Shown piece after piece: positions 17,516 to 20,707 of a DNA stretch of 20,707 nucleotides (within the stretch, counting starts at the first letter, position 1; each line of letters begins with the position of its first letter). Source of the stretch: Chthonomonadales bacterium (GTDB lineage: Bacteria > Armatimonadota > Chthonomonadetes > Chthonomonadales > Chthonomonadaceae); NCBI GenBank assembly GCA_038217285.1, contig JBBQPO010000085.1, forward strand, positions 1 to 20,707, given 5' to 3'. Position numbers and translations under genes: made by a program. The notes beneath the pieces were generated by a model. It was not told the DNA's origin. It made no database searches and saw only the letters and a list, made by a program, of their open reading frames with translations.

Positions 17516-19282
17516 ATGAACGGTTTTTTGTTGGCGTGGATGTTGCTGATGGCGCAGTCGAGAGGGGTGGTCTCGCCGGAATGGCAGACGACGTACGAAC
17601 GGTCGGGGTACCTCAAGACGGGTCGCTATGCGGAGGCGGTGGACTACTGCCGCAAGCTGGCTACAGCGTCGCCCTGGGCGCATCTCGTGAAATGGGGCGT
17701 GAGCCCGGAAGGCCGTCCTCTGATCGCGCTGGTGATGAGCAAGGAGAAGGCGTTCACGCCAGAGGCAGCGCGGCAGAGCCGGAAACCGCTGGTGATCCTG
17801 AACAACGGCATCCACAGCGGGGAGATCGAGGGCAAGGACGCTGGACTGATGCTGGCCCGCAATATCCTGGTCACCAAGACCGAGGCGGCCCTGCTGGACC
17901 ATGTGAACCTCCTGTTTATCCCTGTTTTCAGTGTCGATGCGCACGAGCGGTTCGGTCCGTACAACCGGATCAACCAGAACGGACCCGAAGAGATGGGTTG
18001 GAGGGCGACCTCCACCAACCTGAACCTGAACCGGGACTTTATGAAGGCTGACGCCGAAGAGATGCGGGCGATGCTGCGCCTCCTGCATACCTGGAAACCC
18101 GACTTTTTCTTCGACAACCATACCACGGATGGGGCGGACTGGCAGTATGCCAGCCAGCTCGCAGTGCCTACGGCGCAGACGCAGGGTCCGGCGCAGACTG
18201 CCTGGTCGCAGAAGATGCTGGCGGTCGTTCTGCCCCGCGTAGAGCAGGACGGATTTCTGACCGCGCCCTACTTCGACTCTGTCGATTACACTCGCCTGGA
18301 CCGTGGCCTGAGCATCTCCGACTTCGGACCCCGCTACTCCACTGGCTATCTTGCCGCCCTCAATCGCCCCAGCATGCTGGTCGAAACACACATGCTCAAG
18401 CCTTATAAGGTGCGGGTAGAGGCGACCTACAGCCTGAACAAGCAGGTGATCGCGTATGTGGGCGAAACGGCGGAGGCCTTGAAGGCCGCGAACAGAGAGG
18501 CGGATGCGGCGGAGACGCGGATGCAGCCAGGCGATAAGGTCGTGTTGAGTGCGCGGACCACTGACGCCACCCGACCGTTTACCTTCCGGGGGCTCGAGTT
18601 CACTCCTTTTCAAAGTGATGTCTCCGGCGCAATGACCCCGGCATGGTCGCGGAAACCTCAAGATACTCTCACGACGCTTCAGGACCAGTACGCGCCTGTG
18701 CTGACTCTCCCCGCACCGGCCGCTTATGCGGTTCCACCACAGTGGAAAGAGGTCATTGCCCTTCTAAATCTCCACGGCCTGCATAACTTTCGCCTGAAAC
18801 AGCCGCTCTCCGCTGCGTTCGACACGTACCGGTTCGAGGCGGTGACGTGGCCTCGCGCGCCCTTCGAGAGCCGGTTTCAGACCCGCTTCACGGCCGTCAA
18901 GATTCGGGAGGAGCGCACCCTGCCGGTCGGAACGGTCGTGGTGCCCGCCAATCAGGTCGGCGCTAAACTGCTGATGCATCTGCTCGAACCGGACGCCCCC
19001 GATTCTCTAGTCCACTGGGGACTTTTCAATACCGTTTTCGAGCAGAAAGAGTATTTCGAGGACTACGCCATGGAGCCGATCGCTCGCAGAATGCTGGCGG
19101 AAAGCCCGGCGCTGAAAGCCGAGTTCGTGGAACGCCTGAAGGATCCGACCTTCGCCGCAAGTCCGCGTGCCAGACTGGAGTTCCTTTACACGCGTTCTCC
19201 TTATGCAGACGCCCGCCTCGACAAATACCCGGTCGTATTGCTGACCTCAGAGCAGCGGGATGCCGCCGAACGTCGCAAGTAA
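17516..19282 (+). CDS. Secreted M14 family zinc carboxypeptidase
   Basis: Signal-like N-terminus; GIHSGE (HxxE), NLNRDF, DNHTT (third Zn ligand) and LVETH. GAGGGAG RBS. Confidence 0.9.
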   Translation: MNGFLLAWMLLMAQSRGVVSPEWQTTYERSGYLKTGRYAEAVDYCRKLATASPWAHLVKWGVSPEGRPLIALVMSKEKAFTPEAARQSRKPLVILNNGIHSGEIEGKDAGLMLARNILVTKTEAALLDHVNLLFIPVFSVDAHERFGPYNRINQNGPEEMGWRATSTNLNLNRDFMKADAEEMRAMLRLLHTWKPDFFFDNHTTDGADWQYASQLAVPTAQTQGPAQTAWSQKMLAVVLPRVEQDGFLTAPYFDSVDYTRLDRGLSISDFGPRYSTGYLAALNRPSMLVETHMLKPYKVRVEATYSLNKQVIAYVGETAEALKAANREADAAETRMQPGDKVVLSARTTDATRPFTFRGLEFTPFQSDVSGAMTPAWSRKPQDTLTTLQDQYAPVLTLPAPAAYAVPPQWKEVIALLNLHGLHNFRLKQPLSAAFDTYRFEAVTWPRAPFESRFQTRFTAVKIREERTLPVGTVVVPANQVGAKLLMHLLEPDAPDSLVHWGLFNTVFEQKEYFEDYAMEPIARRMLAESPALKAEFVERLKDPTFAASPRARLEFLYTRSPYADARLDKYPVVLLTSEQRDAAERRK

Positions 19283-19326
19283 TCTACCAGCCCGCGCCCA
19301 TTTCTTTGCACCCCCCGGTCCCATTC

Positions 19327-19530
19327 CTAACGACGGTCTTCCCCACCCTGCCAGGGAGTAGTCACCGAAAAGAGGGAAGGCACCGGGTCACGGCGTAGGC
19401 TCCTGGTTCGATGCGTTTCTGCACGCCCTCTGCCGATATTCGTGCACAGCCCCTCCCACAGCGTCGCGATCACGAACTCTATCACGGCTTCGATGACACC
19501 TTCTAGCAGCACACCAACGATTACGTCCAT
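19327..19530 (-). CDS. Small hypothetical protein with N-terminal hydrophobic/acidic helix
   Basis: GAGG RBS before the ATG at 19530; MDVIVGVLLEGVIEAVIEFVIATLWEGL amphipathic helix; fills the gap between two + strand genes. Confidence 0.45.
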   Translation of the reverse strand: MDVIVGVLLEGVIEAVIEFVIATLWEGLCTNIGRGRAETHRTRSLRRDPVPSLFSVTTPWQGGEDRR

Positions 19531-19603
19531 TTTTTTCCTCGCTAGCAAGAACGGATAGGATTAGCGTTTGGACGCAACACGCGCAAGCGCGGTTTCATTG
19601 GGC

Positions 19604-19633
19604 TGGACAAAGGCGGTTTTCGCCGTGTATGAT
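19604..19633 (+). promoter_or_regulatory. Putative sigma70 promoter
   Basis: TGGACA-N18-TATGAT upstream of a GGAG RBS (19641-19644) and the GTG at 19652. Confidence 0.45.
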
Positions 19634-19651
19634 AGTGTTGGGAGAAAATTC

Positions 19652-20611
19652 GTGAGCACACAGCAATTTGAATCACAGAACGAGCCGGAGGCCAAGACGC
19701 ATAGCGAGAGTTCGGCTCCTCTAAGCGCGGTGAATACGGAGGGTTCCGCGCACTCACCGGAGGTGGAGGCAGAGGTCCAAAAGGCTTTGAAGTATATGCA
19801 GGCGCCCGCTTCGACCCGCTGGCTCCTGGGTGGTGCACGTGCAGTCCTGGCCTCGCATTCTCTGAAAGAGCAGGAGGCAGACCGTCTGCTGGCAATGGAC
19901 GTGGACGAGGTGCTCGAGGTCCTACGTGCTGAGAGACAGGTTTACTCCCGAGCATGGCAACACAACGTCCGATGGATCGCGGGTCTTATCGTCGTCTGCA
20001 TCCTTATCGCGAAGGTGGCCCACTACCCCGACATGATACATATGCTGCCGGGGGCTATCGGTGGCATCGCCATAGGCGGCAGAATCGTATCTGATAGGCG
20101 CAGGGCAGCGGTGCTGGCTATCACGCGATTTGACGATGTTCGGGCTGTGGGTCCACTGGCGGAGGCACTGGAGTTCAAGGACAAGTATCTGCTTCCTATC
20201 GCGTCGACGGCGCTTATCCGACTGTTGCCCCGTCTGCAGGCGAACGACGCCGCTTACCTTAGCCGGGCGCAACGCGCCTGCCTCAACCGAGCCCTGGAAG
20301 GAAAAGATCTGGAACTGACGATGGCGATCTTAAAGGCCTGGGAACAGGTGGGAGATGCAGGCGCGATAGAACAGGTGCAGTACCTGACGGAAGGCCGAGG
20401 CTGGGGAGGACGAAGTCGGAAAGTTGTGGCGTTGGCGAAGGAGTGCCTGCCTGCCCTGCGACAGAGCGCCGAGCGCCAACAGGTCGGTTCGCAACTATTA
20501 CGTCCTGCCGACGGCAATCTGACTCCATCGGGCGTTCTGTTGCGCCCTGCTCAACCGCACGTCGCTACCGACCCTCTGGACCAACTTCTCCGTCCCACCG
20601 ACGCTGCCTGA
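19652..20611 (+). CDS. Membrane protein with two TM helices, HEAT-like repeats and a triple LLRP tail
   Basis: TM segments WIAGLIVVCILIA and LPGAIGGIAIGG; HEAT/PBS-like DVRAVGPLAEAL and AILKAWEQVGDAGAI; C-terminal LLRP three times. GTG start with GGAG RBS. Confidence 0.75.
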   Translation: MSTQQFESQNEPEAKTHSESSAPLSAVNTEGSAHSPEVEAEVQKALKYMQAPASTRWLLGGARAVLASHSLKEQEADRLLAMDVDEVLEVLRAERQVYSRAWQHNVRWIAGLIVVCILIAKVAHYPDMIHMLPGAIGGIAIGGRIVSDRRRAAVLAITRFDDVRAVGPLAEALEFKDKYLLPIASTALIRLLPRLQANDAAYLSRAQRACLNRALEGKDLELTMAILKAWEQVGDAGAIEQVQYLTEGRGWGGRSRKVVALAKECLPALRQSAERQQVGSQLLRPADGNLTPSGVLLRPAQPHVATDPLDQLLRPTDAA

Positions 20612-20707
20612 CTCATTCGCCGTTAGCAGCGATTGCCGACCTCTCCTCCCCAGTGCCAATGGCAACGCCGTCCTGCCTGCGATAACCCCGTACTCATCGC
20701 GTTTGAT

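Noticed and set aside
17474..18661. 395-aa - strand ORF
   Set aside because: Antisense shadow of the M14 peptidase.

Overview
GC-rich bacterial chromosomal segment. The protein styles (FG-GAP tails ending in GPR, an LLRP-tailed HEAT protein, a 'YHxGQINYIQ' DinB) suggest Armatimonadota; this is inference only. Core-like genes are a DinB-family protein, a secreted SBBP-propeller/FG-GAP protein, a Tat-exported Gfo/Idh/MocA oxidoreductase, citramalate synthase cimA, a lipoprotein, a bacterial XPB helicase, a PhzF-family isomerase, ctaA-ctaB heme A/O synthases, an M14 carboxypeptidase and a HEAT-like membrane protein. Two AT-richer patches carry toxin-antitoxin-type modules: ankyrin plus DUF433/DUF5615-PIN, and a HEPN gene followed by a small protein that looks like a catalytically dead MNT. 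Structure not shown by the ORF track includes a ~290-bp nested inverted-repeat REPIN/BIME-like element (1290-1579) and an SGNH-esterase/FG-GAP gene broken by two mutually compensating lesions, so that it appears as an intact 498-aa ORF. There is also a charged insertion in XPB and several structured intergenic leaders. No rRNA, tRNA, CRISPR array or transposase was seen. All family assignments come from motif recognition, not database searches.
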